The position numbers were made by a program, and so were the translations under genes. A DNA stretch of 64,000 bases from Eledone cirrhosa (Eukaryota), in assembly GCA_964016885.1 (NCBI GenBank), contig OZ024759.1, positions 12,958,001 to 13,022,000 on the forward strand. Reading direction: 5' to 3'. This document shows positions 62,520-64,000 of the stretch, piece after piece. Numbering within the stretch: the first letter of the stretch is position 1; the number at the start of each line of letters is the position of its first letter. The notes under the pieces were generated by a model. It was not told the DNA's origin. It saw only the letters and a program-made list of their open reading frames with translations, and did no database searches.

Positions 62520-63506
62520 TTTAAATATGTGTGTGCTTGTATGTGTGTGTATGTATGTATGTATGTGTATTTATGTGTGTATGTGTGTGTTTGTATATAT
62601 GTGTTTGTCAGTGTACTGTGTATATGTATGTCTGTGTGAATGTTTGTTAGTGTCTGTGTGTATATGTGTATGTCTATGTATATGTGTGTATATGTCTGTT
62701 AGTGTGTGTGTATATATGTGTATGCCTGTGTACTGTGTATATGTATGTATATGTCTGTTAGTGTGTGTATATGTGTATGCCTGTGTACTATGTATATGTG
62801 TGTATATGTCTGTTAGTGTGTGTGTATATATATGTATGCCTGTGTACTATGTATATGTGGGTATATGTCTGTTAGTGTGTGTGTGTGTGTGTGTGTATAT
62901 GTATGCCTGTGTACTATGTATATGTGTGTATATGTCTGTTAGTGTGTGTGTGTGTGTGTGTATATATGTATGCCTGTGTACTATGTATATGTGTGTATAT
63001 GTCTGTTAGTGTGTGTGTATATATATGTATGCCTGTGTACTATGTATATGTGGGTATATGTCTGTTAGTGTGTGTGTGTGTGTGTGTATATATGTATGCC
63101 TGTGTACTATGTATATGTGTGTATATGTCTGTTAGTGTGTGTGTGTGTATATATGTATGCCTGTGTACTATGTATATGTGTGTATATGTCTGTTAGTGTG
63201 TGTGTGTGTGTGTGTATATATGTATGCCTGTGTACTATGTATATGTGTGTATATGTCTGTTAGTGTGTGTGTGTGTGTATATATGTATGCCTGTGTACTA
63301 TGTATATGTGTGTATATGTCTGTTAGTGTGTGTGTATATATATGTATGCCTGTGTACTATGTATATGTGGGTATATGTCTGTTAGTGTGTGTGTGTATAT
63401 ATGTATGCCTGTGTACTATGTATATGTGGGTATATGTCTGTTAGTGTGTGTGTGTGTGTATATATGTATGCCTGTGTACTATGTATATGTGGGTATATGT
63501 CTGTTA

Positions 63507-63537
<31 letters not shown>

Positions 63538-63590
63538 TGCCTGTGTACTATGTATATGTGGGTATATGTCTGTTAGTGTGTGTGTGTATC
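62520..63590. repeat. ~60-69-bp minisatellite built from TG/TA microsatellite
   Basis: Unit TGTATGCCTGTGTACTATGTATATGTGTGTATATGTCTGTTAG(TG)n(TA)n. Confidence 0.92.
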
Positions 63591-63793
63591 TAAGAGAGAT
63601 CAGTTCAGTCCCAACCTATTAAAGAATCAGTTAAAGCAGTGTACTGAGGAGAGGGAGGGGACAGTGGTGGCGTGGGGGGTGGGGGTGGGGGGGTGGGGGG
63701 TCTTGGGATCATTCCAGCCCCTAGGGCACACACACTCCTATTTTTGGTTTCACCTGGCCAACAGAATAAAAAGGGAACAACTACAGACAGACA

Positions 63794-63869
<76 letters not shown>

Positions 63870-63910
63870 GTATGTATATATGTGTGTGTATATATATATG
63901 TATATGTGTG

Positions 63911-63971
<61 letters not shown>

Positions 63972-64000
63972 ATGTATATATATATATGTATATGTGTGTA

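Overview
AT-rich, repeat-saturated animal genomic DNA, most likely octopus (inferred from SINEs resembling the octopus OR/OK and CORE/Nin-domain families, RTE LINEs with (GAT)n tails and huge (TA)n/(CA)n tracts). The only recognisable host coding sequence is the first coding exon of RNF41/Nrdp1 (E3 ubiquitin ligase; minus strand, CDS 7397->7308). The rest is intronic or upstream DNA. It contains decayed RTE, CRE-like and Tx1-like LINEs, SINEs, a DD37D/maT-like Tc1/mariner fossil, piggyBac-type and hAT MITEs, a complete non-autonomous Helitron and about 25 locally born minisatellites. Nearly all long ORFs in the track are by-products of these repeats. Three observations stand out. (1) The RNF41 3' splice site (branch point, pyrimidine tract, CAG, plus an in-frame AUG) is tandemly amplified 21 times, and a 15-bp array of donor-like motifs starts exactly at a candidate upstream 5' splice site, so both ends of one putative intron appear multiplied. 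(2) Many short (TA)n-embedded Penelope-like remnants carry type I hammerhead ribozyme folds, often as inverted duplicates. (3) A C4HC3 PHD-type finger is embedded inside the RTE reverse transcriptase. All calls were made by eye; no database search or folding program was run.
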